Position numbers and translations under genes: made by a program. Shown one piece after another: positions 41,620 to 54,724 of a DNA stretch of 64,000 bases (the first letter of the stretch is position 1; every line of letters begins with the position of its first letter). Origin of the DNA: Octopus vulgaris (Eukaryota); the NCBI GenBank assembly GCA_951406725.2, contig OX597825.1, forward strand, positions 23,002,001 to 23,066,000. The letters run 5' to 3'. The notes below the pieces were generated by a model that had not been told where the DNA came from, made no database searches, and saw only the letters and a list, made by a program, of their open reading frames with translations.

Positions 41620-41950
41620 ATGTGAACAACTGAAGCGGAAGACATACTTCTAGCTTCTGATTAAATTATCTATATGTGGTTGTTACGAACATCTATATAA
41701 CTATACGGATTACAAAGCTTGTATACACTTGTCTCATCTGGGAAAGAATAGAGTGCAAATAAACACTCTGTGTCAGCAATCAGGATAATATAGTTAAACA
41801 CAAATATCTATGAATATTTTGGACAGATCTCCGAAATCGGTGGATGCGTTGAAACTTATCAAAACAAGGATATATTTTGAAACCGCATTTCACTTCAACA
41901 GCCACAATGAGGACACATTTGAATGTGTATCCGAAAATGAAAATTATATA
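41620..41950 (+). pseudogene. Decayed exon of tandem unknown family (CxC module)
   Basis: ICGCYEHLY...ACIH and TQISMNILD resemble VCVCRHNYIF and SQISFRVYD. Confidence 0.35.
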
Positions 41951-42053
41951 AATCATATACTATGATGTTATGTTACACACATACATATATCCATATGTGT
42001 GTGTGCGTATGTAAATTTTATATGTGTGTGTGTATGTGTGCGCACTAAATATA

Positions 42054-42407
42054 ATATTTATAAACAAACCCGAAAGGCTTTGTAATTTATGGAGAGAAAG
42101 CTACTATGGAAGACTATAATAATAATAAATGTATAATAATATATCATAATAATATTTATTCTCCGAATTGAAGCGACAATTTTAAAATACAAGCAAATGA
42201 CCGAAAAATGATGAGCAAGCCTCAGGGAGAATCGTTCCCACAAATCAACGCTTACGCGGCTCCTGGCACATTCATTTGGCCAAACGCTCACCCATCAATT
42301 TCAGTCAAATTTAGTTAATTATATACTTAAACTGTCCAATACAACATATATTTATAAATAAACCCGAAAGACCTTGTAAGTTACCGAGAGAAAGCAACTA
42401 TGGAAGA
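42054..42407. repeat. ~60-bp diverged direct repeats 294 bp apart
   Basis: ATATTTATAAAYAAACCCGAAAG...GAGAGAAAGCWACTATGGAAGA at 42054 and 42348. Confidence 0.8.
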
Positions 42408-43043
42408 TTCATAGTATATATATATGTATAAAAATACACCGACCTCTATACATACATATACATAAAATCTTATGTCAGTTTAATTTTGCTGAGAAGGATC
42501 GTCTGCTCTTCATACTTTTTTCCGATCGAAATACATTCTGTATACTTATAAACATAAGCGCTTTCCCAAATGAAATTGCTCTTCATATTTGAAGCTTCGA
42601 TGAAACTCTGATAAGGTGGTTAGGGTAATTGACTCACGATCTGTGATACAGAAGCACTCAACCATAAGGGTATCGCTTATTGTAGAACAGGCAACTCTAA
42701 GCTAATGAAGTTCATAGCAATTCCTTATTCCCCGGTCATTTCTTAATACTCTGTACTCGACTAACGCATTTTTCTGAAACATATATTTTGAGTTCTATGC
42801 CTGAGTGAAATAATACAAGTATATACATAACGTTTCTGGCTTTGGGTAAGAGGAAATACTGGAGGATCAGTTAGTTATGATCATATTCAATATATTCCCC
42901 TCTCAGATTGACATACTTATTGCAGTGGTCTTTAAGTATTTCTAAACTGTTAGCTCTGAATTAAAAGACCTCGGAAGTTTAGGCTTCCAGCCACACCTTT
43001 CGCAATACCTTTAAAGCCAGGAACTTTTCAGCACTGCCTCATG

Positions 43044-43116
<73 letters not shown>

Positions 43117-43133
43117 AAAGAAATTAGATGCAA

Positions 43134-43691
43134 ATAACAAAGAGAAACTCGTCGTTTTGGCTGGTATGCCTTTAATTAAGAAAGGAGGTGTTACCTTCTT
43201 CTTTGTTAATTAATTAAATTAAAGACATACCAGCGAAAACGACGATTTTCTCTTTGTTATCCATTTTCTTCTCCTATATATAACCTAAACTACAGTTTAC
43301 TGAAAAACATTACAGGTACTACTGCAAAACCTCTCAGGTAATCACAAACGGTAAAAACAAACGGTGAGGGGCTGTTAAGCCAAGACAATTACTGTATTGT
43401 TCTCAATGTCCTGTTCTTGTTACCAATTTTACCCTCCGCAAAAAAATCCCAAATTTTATTTAATTTGCTTTGAGGGAAGGACTGTTTCAACGAAGTCGCG
43501 TATTGTCCTTGCTTTCAAAGATGCGGAGTAGATGAAACAGGGACAACTGTTGAAGGGGAGTATTCTTTATGTTGTATGTTTCGTTTCTCTGTTTGTTTGG
43601 GGTTTTTTTCGTTGTTCGAAACAAAATTTCGTTTCTATGTTTTGTTTCTTGTTTTCGTTTCTCATTGTGTTCAACGTTTTTTGATGTCCTG

Positions 43692-43700
<9 letters not shown>
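43134..43700 (+). mobile_element. Member of the 699-1905 repeat family with a 44-bp inverted repeat at its 5' end (43134-43177 / 43217-43260)
   Basis: Inverted repeat directly visible. 43430-43700 aligns to 699-950. Flanked by (TA)n. Confidence 0.65.
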
Positions 43701-43742
<42 letters not shown>

Positions 43743-43793
43743 AGGTATGTATATATATGAATGTATATATGCATATATCTATATATTATTTAT

Positions 43794-43867
<74 letters not shown>

Positions 43868-44081
43868 ATATATATGTACATATGAGTATATATGTATCAA
43901 ATTATAGCACGAACAATTTAACATTCACAGAAAGACTACTCAATAATCTTTGCTAGATTACATAATCATTTACAAGAATAGAGGTGATAGAATTTGTGAG
44001 GTCTCGGCCTGCTGGTCTTTCCCCGAACTCATATAATCATGCATGAATATGAGCATAAATACACACACACATGCATACATG

Positions 44082-44121
<40 letters not shown>

Positions 44122-44139
44122 TGTGTGTGTGTGTGTGTG

Positions 44140-44340
44140 TAGTGTAAATTCAAATGAGCAATCAATTCAAATAAACAAAAAAGTTTAATAGCCAACAGAA
44201 GGACATGCACAAGAAATGTATTAGTTTCACGCTCAGGGAAAAAAAGAGAGCTTGACATTTCGAGCGTAGGTCTTCGCCGTTAAGGAGAAAGAAAAAAGTC
44301 TAAAGAAGGAAAGGAAATCGCCAACTGCACGTGTAGCTTC
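44140..44340 (-). mobile_element. Penelope-like terminal fragment with decayed hammerhead
   Basis: Minus strand CGGCGAAGACCTACGCTCGAAATGTCAAG...CCTGAGCGT, like 486-690 and 24410-24652. Confidence 0.5.
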
Positions 44341-44833
44341 ATTGCTGAAGTGACGAGGGAAATAAGTTGATTTCTAAATGAGGTGTGTTCTTTATAAATT
44401 TGCTAGTAACACCTTGTGCAGCGGATATGAATAGCAAAGCCTTCAAAATATCATACAACATAGAGAAAATATTTTAGTGCACAATATTTCGTTATTTTTT
44501 CAATTTGAAAATCATAAAATTTCTTCAAAGGATTCTATCTCATTGTAGCCATCAAAGCTAGATTCCTACTTGTTTTTTTAACATTTGTTTTAAAATGTAG
44601 TTACGATAAAATAATAAAACATAAAGAAAATCAATATAACTCCATTAAATTACAAAGACTACCAGAAAAGAAAGCAAAAAAATATGTCCTCTTTATTCAA
44701 TGCCAATGGCATCTAAAGTACTTAATCTACTTGTTTCATCGATATATAATAATTTTTGTAAAAGAATTATATTCTATATTTAATCATACTTCATTGCTGA
44801 ATATATTTGCTTTATCCTTTATCCTTATTCCAG

Positions 44834-44951
44834 AATATTCGACATCAGCAATATATTAACACTGTCCTTCCTATTCATCTTTCCTGGGGTGTATGGGGTC
44901 ATTATTGTTGATGTCGAATTAGCTAACAGTCAAACAAGACGGGTCTTTACG
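44834..44951 (+). pseudogene. Candidate signal-peptide exon of tandem family
   Basis: Pyrimidine-rich TTCCAG acceptor and GTAAC donor. Open frame IFDISNILTLSFLFIFPGVYGVIIVDVELANSQTRRVFT. Confidence 0.35.
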
Positions 44952-45699
44952 GTAACACATAACATTCGAAAGAACTCTTGCAAATTGCGTTAAACTACGT
45001 AACCTCTGTCTACGAGTTTCAGTCAGTGGACTGTGGCATGTTTTGAAGTCTGATATTCATATTATCGGTCTTTTGATTGAGTCGCCGATTGTCAAAGCCT
45101 GAATTTTGTGAGGAGGGGAATAGTCGATAATATCAATTCCATTGCTCAAATGTTGCTTATTTCAAAGATCTTGAAAGGATGAGGGACAAAGTCAACCTCG
45201 GCAGGAACATATTTATAGGGAAAATATGTTTGATATTTAATTATACGTGTTTACTGCTCATATACGTATTACAAGCTGGCGCCGTGCCGTCAAATATGAC
45301 GGCCAATTATAGTATTTTATATATAAATATGGATGGTAAATCAAATTAATACACTTGACAATGTTATCTAGTTGTTGTCTGATGAGATTGTAACATCAAT
45401 CATCGTTTGTTATTGAAAGAGCGTTGGTTCCCACATACATTCACATACTTCCCTTGTATACGCACACACATACACACATATACTCACAAAGAGTTGAAAC
45501 TCTGTTTGATTTTTCTCTTCAGCATTGAATGTTCACCATCCCAGTTCCATTGCACATTCACACTCACATACACACACATTCACATACCTCCCTTTTACAT
45601 ACACTCACATATACTCACACAGATTTGAAACGCTCCCACTACCAGTTTGCCATCACCCCTTCCTTCCTAACTGGCTCCATCAGTTAGACTTGACAAAGT

Positions 45700-46800
45700 T
45701 CATTTCTGAAAGCAAAGACTCGTATAACTATATCGAACTAGATGCTATTAATTTAAGAACACACCTTTCTTTTTTCTTTTTTTTTTTGTATTTTCTACGC
45801 TGTTCTTGGTCCTTACCAAATTCTGTTCATGTTTTCTTAAGCTGTTTTTCAACTTTGCTGTATCAAACTTATCCAATGTAACATTTCTGAATTGGGATTC
45901 TCAAAAATTACCCTATCAAAGATAGTCAGTCAATTCTGTAATTTTTTCAAAAGATTTAAATTTATTAAGTCTTTTAAAAGAAGATTGCATAAAATTTAAC
46001 TCGACGGTGCTCGACAATTGCTTTCAAATGCTTTGAATAATTGTTATTCCATGAATTTGAAGATCTATCTTTTTTTTGAAGGTTTGCGAAATATTTCTGT
46101 GCGTCGCTGTCGATATCTCCTTGAAAAAACTTTTATTCTATCAAAGGAAATATCAAGTATTTTTTCGACATTTCTTTAAATTTCTGCAGAAAAAAAAAAC
46201 TATTTAAAAGCGAAGAGAAATCTAAATTTTTTTTTTTTAAATCATTAAACTACAAATGTAGACACTACGTCTGATAATTCTTCAGATGTCGTTTTTTATT
46301 CGTCAAAAACTAACGAATTCATGCAGTCATCAAATCACTGAAGCAGAGAACCGCGACTAAGCAAATAATGTCTTTTTAAGCTACTTCCAAAATCAATTAG
46401 TTGCGTCTCAAAGTTATCCAAATCAATCCACTGCAACAGTTACAAATTCAGATTGTTTAAAATACAGTATCGGCAGATTCTATGAATTTTTCTATTTCTT
46501 CAAAGGATTTAAACTTAATAAATTTCGTAAATATTCTTTAAAGTTCTGTATGCACCGAATTTACATCACTCGGTAAATTTTGAAGTTTTTTTTTTCCCCA
46601 GAGTGCCTGCAGACGTAACATTAATTGTGTTTTGTTACAATTTTTTAAAGTTAATATGAACATTTGCACGTAAAATCCTAGAACTGATGAAAGTCTGCCA
46701 ATGAACATCTAACATACTATACAACAAATTTACAAAACATGCTTCTCTGAATTAGTTGCCACAGAAACTATTTTTGAAAGGTCAACATGTTGATTACAAA
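45700..46800 (-). mobile_element. Highly degraded hAT (Buster/SPIN-like) transposase relic
   Basis: Motifs in the expected order: VDLSKIVSVATN, LSRGSLLQ*FDDCMN, IDLQIHGITII. Confidence 0.5.
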
Positions 46801-46844
46801 AATAGTTTACTCTGGTTCTGTTTTATACTCAGGTAACGTAACTA

Positions 46845-47364
46845 CCGTAAATCTTCGAGTATAGTCCGCCCTTGAGTATAATACCCATGGGATTTTTAGG
46901 GGGCTGTACCTCTGAAAAACCTAAACCTTGTGTATAATACGCACCCCTACTCTAACTTGAGTCGTGCGTAATTAAGCTAGCAGCATCTAGTCGAACAAAC
47001 ACTTCCGCGCATGCGTAATACAATAATGGTAATCTTCTTAACTGTTATATGGGAATGTAAATATGTTTGCAAATTGTTTTTGTTACATGTTATTTTGTGT
47101 TCTGAATACTTTTATTTTAATAAATGTTGCTAACTGCAAGTTATGGATGATTTTTTTATGACTTCATTGCTTTCAGGCTTAGCTTAAGGTATTTTCGCGC
47201 CCGACATCACAAAATGCCTCTGAATAAACATTGCCAGACAGCAAATAGAGACTCGGACATTGTTTAGAAAATATTTTTCATTTTTAATCTCGTATATAGT
47301 ACGCACTAGGGATTTTGACCTTTAAATTTTGGGGGAAATGCGGATTATACTCTCAGATTTACGG
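46845..47364. mobile_element. Tc1/pogo-type MITE (520 bp)
   Basis: TIRs CCGTAAATCTTCGAGTATAGTCCGC / GCGGATTATACTCTCAGATTTACGG, TA TSD, internal repeats of the TIR core. Confidence 0.9.
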
Positions 47365-47820
47365 TAATTTAACCAGTTCTTCATATTTCATATTACCCTT
47401 TCAAAACCAGCCAATAAATAGCACATGATGTAATATCAGTGCTCTCGCCTTAACAAATGGATAAGAATTTATGTGAACCTATATCTTTTGTTAGCTGTTC
47501 AATATGTTAATTTCCTTCTTCACATTATATCTTCGTGTTTCTTCTCAGAAACAAAACTAGTATTCCTCGAAAAATTTTCTTTTCTAAAAAAATATTCACA
47601 AGTTAAGAACCCTGTCTTAATTCTGCAAAATACTCGCTTTCATACAGTGATTTTACATGTTGGGCAATAATCTTTGAGATCTCACAACTTGCTGCAACTA
47701 AGCTAGAAACACTTAAAGCCAGATGCTCAGAGGAACGAATCATGACGGTGGCCATATCTAAGACATGTTATTATAATTGGCTCTGATTCCATCAGTTAAA
47801 ATTAAGTACTAGAATTGATG

Positions 47821-48083
47821 GTGGAGGCGCGTGGCTTAGTGGTTAGGGTTTCAGCATCATGATCGTAAGATTGTGGTTTCGATTCCTGAACCGGGCGACG
47901 CGTTGTGTTCTTGAGCAAAACACTTCATTTCACATTGCTCCATTCCACTCAGCTGGCAAAAATGAGTAAAGCTGCGATGGACTGGCGTCCCGTTCAGCTG
48001 GGGAACACATACGCCATAGAAACCGGGAAACCGGGCCCAAGAGTCTGGCTACGCTTTTAAAGGGCGCATTTATTTATTTCTTT
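47821..48083 (+). mobile_element. SINE family D, full length with 14-bp TSD
   Basis: tRNA-like head TGGCTTAGTGG...GTTTCGATTCC and (ATTT)n tail. TSD TACTAGAATTGATG at 47807-47820 / 48084-48097. Confidence 0.95.
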
Positions 48084-48526
48084 TACTAGAATTGATGTAT
48101 AATCAGTATTGATTTCAAGCATAAATATCTATTGGGACTGATTCGTCTCCTTCTGTATCAAAATCCTCGAAGTTGTCAGCACAAACTTGAAGACTTTCTC
48201 TTACTGTAGTAGTTCAAGAATAAATTTACAATAGCAGTGTTTCTTTTATTTCTTCTCAATGTGCTGCTGAACTTTTGGGACTAGAATTATATGCGAATAA
48301 ATCAGTTTATGATCATAATACTTTATTCACAGTTAGATGACTTTACTATCAAAACTTAAGCCCTTTTTCGTCAGGAGTCGGTAAATAACGAACGTAACAG
48401 TTTACCACATCCGGTCAAATGACTGAGATAGTTAGAACCTAATCAATCCGTCCGTCAGATGTTGTTCAAGGTAAAACATAGACTCAAAATTGAGTTTTTA
48501 ATAAGCTCGCTGATCCATTCTGGAAT

Positions 48527-48561
<35 letters not shown>

Positions 48562-48562
<1 letters not shown>

Positions 48563-48985
48563 GGTATTCTCTTATATGTTTCAGTCCAATGACTGGGGCC
48601 AAGTTGGAGCACCGCCATTGTAATCATCTTTCCATTTTTCCCCCTTTGTCGGATCGGCTTCTGGTGAAAGATGGAGTTCGATGCTACTGCCCTCTTTTGA
48701 GTTTCTTGCTTAGATATAGGCTCATCCGGGATCTCTGCGAGCCAGAGGTCAAGTTCACGTTTGAAAACGTCTACATCCACTCCATGGAGGCTCCTCAGAT
48801 GCTTCGGCAGACAGTTAAACAGCTGTGGGCCCTTGAAACCCAAGCTATTGCAGTACATCGTCCTTGCCAGAGATGAAGCAGTCAGCACAGTGGGGACAGC
48901 ACAGTGACGTCCTTTTCGTAGTCAGGCATAGCTTTTTATTCCAAAGTTTGGTACCAGTCCTTCTAGTATCTTCCATACATATATT
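48562..48985 (-). mobile_element. CR1-group LINE 3' fragment (relative of 27490-28042)
   Basis: YVWKILEGLVPNFG...YCNSLGFKGPQLFNCLPKHLR...FKRELDLWLAEIPDEP. Confidence 0.9.
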
Positions 48986-49116
48986 TCCATCTCACTATGT
49001 TTCCTTCTCACACTCTCGCTCTCTCATGTTACGTTCCTGTCCGTACTCGATCTAATTAATTCAATTAAGAGTGCATGACGTATTTAGTGTGTTGTTAATA
49101 TTTCAGTCAAGAGGCA

Positions 49117-49500
49117 AGACGGCGAGCTGGCAGAAACGTTAGCACGTCGGGCGAAATGCCTAGCGGTATTTCGTTCTGAGTTCAAATTCCGCCGAGGTCG
49201 ATTTTGCCTTTCATCCTTTCGGGGTCGATTAAATAAGTACCAGTTACGCACTGGGGTCGATATAATCGACTTAATCCGTTTGTCTGTCCTTGTTTGTCCT
49301 CTCAGTGTTTAGCCCCTTGTGGGTAGTAAAGAAATAGGTATTTAATCTGCCATTACGTTCTGAGTTCAAATTCCGCTGCGGTCGACCTTGCTTTTATATG
49401 TTTGGTATCGATAAAAATAAGTACCAGTTGAGCACTGGGGCCAATGTAATCGACTTACATCTGCCGCCGAAATTGCTGACCTTGTTCCAAAATTTGAGAT
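49117..49500 (+). mobile_element. SINE family B dimer (B1-B2)
   Basis: Head, core, B1 tail, restart at GGTATTT, core, B2 tail. Confidence 0.9.
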
Positions 49501-50149
49501 CATTATATCTGGTAAAAGGTTAACGCATTACCTACTCTCCTACTTTGCTTCTCTCTTTCTTTCTTTGTCTCTCTCTCTCTCTCTCTCTCTTCTCCACCAT
49601 CTCTCTCCTCTCTATCTCTCCCTCCCTCTCCACGTCTGTTGGGAAATCATTATCCAGTGCAATTCAGTCGAGAAATCCACACCTTGTCTAATTACGTTGT
49701 ATTGTTAAGCGATAACATTTGATAACCGACATTGACCTAAATACATCCTGTTTGAAGAACCGTATTATGTTTTGTCAAACAGAAATGAAATTATTACATA
49801 CCAAGGAGAAGACGGCCGTGTTTGTGTCTGTCGTCACAATTATATATTTCCAAATGATGTTGGTTCTGTTTGTGAAGGAAGTTTTTGTTTTCTAACAGGA
49901 AATCGAAATAGTGAATAGAACACAGAGAGGCTCTCTGTATAAGCTCTATTCACAAATATCATTTCGTGTCTATGACAAATGTTTCCCTTATTTTTAAACT
50001 ATCTAAACAAAAGAGACGGAAATCAGATCTCTGTTTATAAGATGGTAAATATTTTGCAAGTTTCAAATTAGTCGTAGCATAATTTTCAGAAAATGTCTGA
50101 CAAGAGTCGCGACAAGGATGCCTCTGCTTACATTATATCTACACACTAT

Positions 50150-50385
50150 ATAAGGCGGCGATCTGGCAGACACGGCAGCGTGCCGGGCGAAATGCTTCGC
50201 GGTATTTCGTCTGTCGTTACGTTCTGAGTTCAAATTCCGCCAAGGTCGACTTTGCTTTTCATCCTTTCGGGGTCGATAAATAAAGTCCCAGTTACGCACT
50301 GGGGTCGATGTAATCGACTTAATCCTTTTTATCTGTCCTTGTTTGTCCCCTCTATGTTTAGCCCTTTGTGGGCAGTAAAGAAATA
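50150..50385 (+). mobile_element. SINE family B1 monomer with TSD
   Basis: TSD TATATCTACACACT at 50134-50147 / 50386-50399. Confidence 0.9.
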
Positions 50386-50490
50386 TATATCTACACACTC
50401 TATCTACACATGCAGACTCTTCCTACCTTTTCTCTCTCTCCAATCTCTCATTCTTATATACCCACAATAGATTTCTGTATTTCTTCGCAG

Positions 50491-52166
50491 GTGTTTTTGT
50501 TTTATATTTATGTTTACTTTTATCCTTTTCTAACCATTGTGTGGCCCCAGCAGAATTTGAACGTAAGCAATATATATTCTAGTACTGGAGAATTCGTGAA
50601 ACTTCGCTCCATTATCTTATGTAGTAGTATATCTGTATCAAAAAATAACTCTAAGATATGATGATCATCTAATTGTATCATTTGGGTGTTAATACTCAGT
50701 TAAAACGATTTAAACTGAGATTTGGCACCACTTTTGTTGCAGAAATGTGGAGGAGCAGCGCTTACTCCCCTGTGCAAAATCTTGAAGACTGGAGGAAAAT
50801 ATCTTCAGACCACATACCTGATCCAAATACTTGCAACAAAATGGACTCTGGTAAAGGTTATGTAAATACTATGAGGTCTTTTTAAACCGGGAACGAATTA
50901 AATGCTTATTTTTTTTAGTTGGAAAATAATGTTTTCAATATGTTCGACTTTATCCTCCTTTCAAATTAGACAGTTCATAGGTTAATTACAAAAAGCTGTA
51001 TTATATAAAAGCGTTGTGTGGGATTAGATATGTTTATCTCGAAGAAGTGTTTTTCGGTCAGTTTTGTTTTTTTATTTTATACATCACTTTTTGAACAGTA
51101 AGTGCAACTAACGACTTTCGTTAACAAAAAGCTACAAGAAGGTTAAACATCGAAATGCCTTCCCCCCAAACAAACAAGTTATTGTACTTAGTTAAATGAA
51201 GGCGTCATTTGTTTTTAAAATGATGCAAGATTGGTGTTCTGCAATATTTTTCGCATTATGCAATAAAAGAAAGTAATATTTCTCGGAGATGGCTAATGGA
51301 ATGATATAAATGCCAAAAGAAAGGACAAAATTCTTATGATTAAGTATTTTTTTCCCTGGAATGATTCTGTCCAAATTCTATTGGATGATATTTTATCTTC
51401 ATTTCCTCCTCTGAGGTTAATAGAGTAAATAGTGTGTTCTTGCTTCCGTTTATATCATTCAATCGATTATTGCAATCATTCAGGAATTTCTAGCATCTTG
51501 TCAATGTTCGCGACTAATTTTCTCTAAACGAAATCGAAAAAAAAAATTAACTAAATCGGTAGAAAATGAAAAACGTTTTAAAATAAATATTTTCGTAATT
51601 TCTTTTTCACCCGCTGCCTATTAATATTAGGATAGTAATTAATTTGTAGAAAAGAAAAAAATATTTCTGTATTCGACCAAAATATTTTTTAAACTCATAT
51701 TTCAGAATTGCTGCCTGTTTATCGCAGAGCTCTTTCCGTATTTTTATGTTTTGCCTACAGAAATGTACAAGATCAAACTACATTAAATAGTTGGGGTTTT
51801 TTTTTATGAAAACAGAAAATAAAACATTAGGAAGTAATTATTTTTTCCCGGAAAAATTCATTTATCTTTTTTTCTATTTATATATCTTTAAGCGTTCCTA
51901 ACATTGAATGAGAATAGAAGTTAGCGTAGACAAGCCGATACACTTTTAGACCAAATGCCTGTAGCTGTATTACGGCACATATCTTTAGTTGTACGGAATC
52001 ATTGTTCTTTATTCGTGGTAAACCTTTTAGCATTATTTCTCTCAGACAGTTAATTATGGACACAAACTGCACGGAATTATGCTTTGACGTTGTAAATTGT
52101 CATTCTAAAACCTACATAATTAGTCTGGCGCTACTGATAATGGCTATCCCTTGGGTCTTTATATAA
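50491..52166 (+). pseudogene. Best-preserved copy of tandem unknown family: candidate exons 50491-50562, 50743-50850/50856, ~51193-51414, 51706-51833, 51892-52166
   Basis: Canonical splice signals and matching phase-1 joins give VFVLYLCLLLSFSNHCVAPAEFE-QMWRSSAYSPVQNLEDWRKISSDHIPDPNTC. The final frame 51930-52166 ends ...VVNCHSKTYIISLALLIMAIPWVFI*. Middle exons carry stops and frameshifts. Confidence 0.55.
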
Positions 52167-52860
52167 ATGGGCCGTTTCTAAATTTATTTATTTATTATGA
52201 CGCATAATTCTATAACCCTTTATAAAAGGAGGAAGGGTAAAAACTGACCTCGGCAACATTTGAACTCAGAATGTAACGACAGACGAAATGCCACTAAGCA
52301 CTTTATAACATGTTTTTATAATGTCAAATTAATTTTCATTATAATGAATTAGGGAATGGATGGAGCATATTGAAGTTAATAGAAGTTAATTAACTTACTA
52401 TCTGCGGGTCTGATTATAGCACATAAGATTAACGGTCAAGATTGATCGAGGGAAATTCCGTGCCTTGCAAATTTTCATTTTTTTGGTTTGGTGCATAAAT
52501 TTATAGTTTTTTTTGTTTTTGTTTTTGTTTTTCATAACCTTGAACCTTGATCCGTTGGCTATGAGGGCAATGAGCTTCAGAATGGAATCAGGTTATTAAA
52601 AAAATTGGAGCAAACATTTGGAGTAATTAAACACACTGCTCTGGACCTCAGAGAAATAGCTACGAAATGGAAGGACACTTATCTTAGTGTAGGAGTCGTG
52701 GCTATTTGAAATTACGAGGACGCCAACTTTGCTTTTCATGTTTCTGGAGATAGGCAAAACATGTACATGAGGAAACAACGCTCATAGGCAAATCAAGAGG
52801 AAACTGAGAGAAGGCTACAAAAAGACGAACACACTATAAGATTTCATGATGTTATTGAAG

Positions 52861-53097
52861 AAGGCAGCGAGCTAGCAGAATCGTTAGCACGCCGGGCGAA
52901 ATGCTGAGCGGTATTTCGTCTGTCGCTACGTCCTGAGTTCAAATTCCGCCGAGGTCGACTTTGCCTTTCATCCTTTCGGGGTCGATAAATTAAGTACCAG
53001 TTACGCACTGGGGTCGATGTAATTGACTTAATACCTATGTCTGTCCTTGTTTGTCCTCTCTGTGTTTAGCCCCTTGTGGGTAGTAAAGAAATAGGTA
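52861..53097 (+). mobile_element. SINE family B1 monomer with TSD
   Basis: TATTGAAGAAG duplicated on both sides. Confidence 0.9.
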
Positions 53098-53718
53098 TTG
53101 AAGAAGAACAAGCTAGGATAAGGGAAGAGGGTGAGCAAACAACGTTAATAATGGCAGTGAGAAGCAAAAATCAAGAAATAGAAATATTACTTTTTTACAA
53201 AATGAAGCTGAAGAAGAAAATGGAGAAGTCTGATAGAAATGAGACACAGAGCAGCTTAAGGAATATCAATAAATTCGACTGTTTCTTAAACAATAAATCA
53301 TTAGAGTTGGCCACAAATTTATGTATACGTGTGGCAAGAAAATTTGTTCTTTATTTAGTAATATATTACAAGACTAACACTGTAATTAGATGGACATATG
53401 CCAAGTTATAAAAACAATTTTCATGAAATTTAATGAATAGCGAATAGTCAAAAAAAAAAATTAACCTTCCGTAAAATTTAATAAGTATTATAAAAACTAG
53501 GAAACTAATTACCAGCCTAATAGGCGATAGCAGAAAAATATATAAAAAAAGGATAAATGTCAGATTTTAACAGATAAATAATCATTTACCTAATTGATGT
53601 TGAAATTATCCGAACATCTACGTATTTCTCTATATTTATACGAACGGATAATTGTATATATAAACACGCTATATATGTAGATATGTTTGTGAATATATTT
53701 ACATATAGTATATAAAGC

Positions 53719-53756
<38 letters not shown>

Positions 53757-54724
53757 GAGAGAGAGAGAGAGAGAAAGAGAGATAAGCATTCATTTATACA
53801 TACAGACTTGTGTAGAAATATTTTCCAATGTCGGACTCAGTCTCAAAGCCATAGACTGACACAATCGTGTGTGTGTCCGTGTGTTTGTATGTGTGTGTAT
53901 AAGTGTGTGTGCTTACACAGATACACACATAGACTGACTAACACACACACAAACACACAATCATACACACGCAGTCACACATACACACATATATGTATGT
54001 GTATGTATGTATGTATCTATCTATCTATATATATATATATATATATATCTGTATGTACATGTGCTTGTGCATATATATGTATATACACATATATATCCAT
54101 ACTATATGTGCCAATGCGTGTGCGCGTGTACGCGTACTCACATATACATAAATACATACGCACAGAAACACAAACGCACACATACATACATACATACATA
54201 CATACATACATACATACATACATACATACATACATACATACATGCATACATACATATATATATATATATATGTGTGTGTGTATATTAGTAAGTTACAGAC
54301 GAAATTTCTGGAGCAAAATATAGAGAATATAATCCAGTATTAATATAATATAATCCTTTGAGGAACAGTCAAACACGAAACAGATAAAGTTATAAAAAGA
54401 AATAGCGTGTGAATAATGGCTGTAAAAATTCCTTTAGATAGAATATGTTGAATGGTGGTTTGAGGATGAAATCTTAAAGTGTTCGTTTCAAAAAATAAGC
54501 AGTTTTCTTGAAACAGATGTAGACAATTAGTACAGATTTCTATGTTATTCTATAAGTGACACGTAAAAACAAAACTACTTGCAAAGTCTGTTCCAGGCTG
54601 ATCAAATGTGTGATTATCACAGATTCTTTGACGTTAAATATATATGTGTGTGAGTGTGTGTGCGTGTGTGTGTGCGCGTGTGTATGTGTATGTATGCCTG
54701 CGTGCGAGTGCGTGTGTTTCCGTG

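Larger units (their letters stand above)
47549..50056 (+). pseudogene. Decayed exons of tandem unknown family (47549-48470, 49637-50056)
   Basis: Strong acceptor TGTTTCTTCTCAG. Peptides EPCLNSAKYSLSYSDFTCWAIIFEISQLAATKLETLKARC, PRSCQHKLEDF...CAAELLG, and PKYILFEEPYYVLS...GRVCVCRHNYIFPNDVGSVCEGSFCFLTG (49736-49918). SINE D is inserted in the exon. Confidence 0.55.

Noticed and set aside
45365-45410. CUGAUGA followed by a perfect GAUUG/CAAUC stem
   Set aside because: No GAAA follows the stem and there is no valid UH site. At best a dead relic.
47821-47895. tRNA genes at SINE heads (also 9340-9413, 41115-41189, 61925-62001)
   Set aside because: A/B boxes are present but run into repeated SINE bodies, some with TSDs, and no clean cloverleaf forms.
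48338-48380. Minus-strand GACUC-CUGACGA...GAUAGUA-AAGUC
   Set aside because: GAAA is broken, helix II is weak, and the region is better explained as + strand pseudo-exon.
52560-53260. Possible old RTE-like coding remnant (also 11380-11720 minus)
   Set aside because: Too degraded, with only vague similarity and no diagnostic motif intact.
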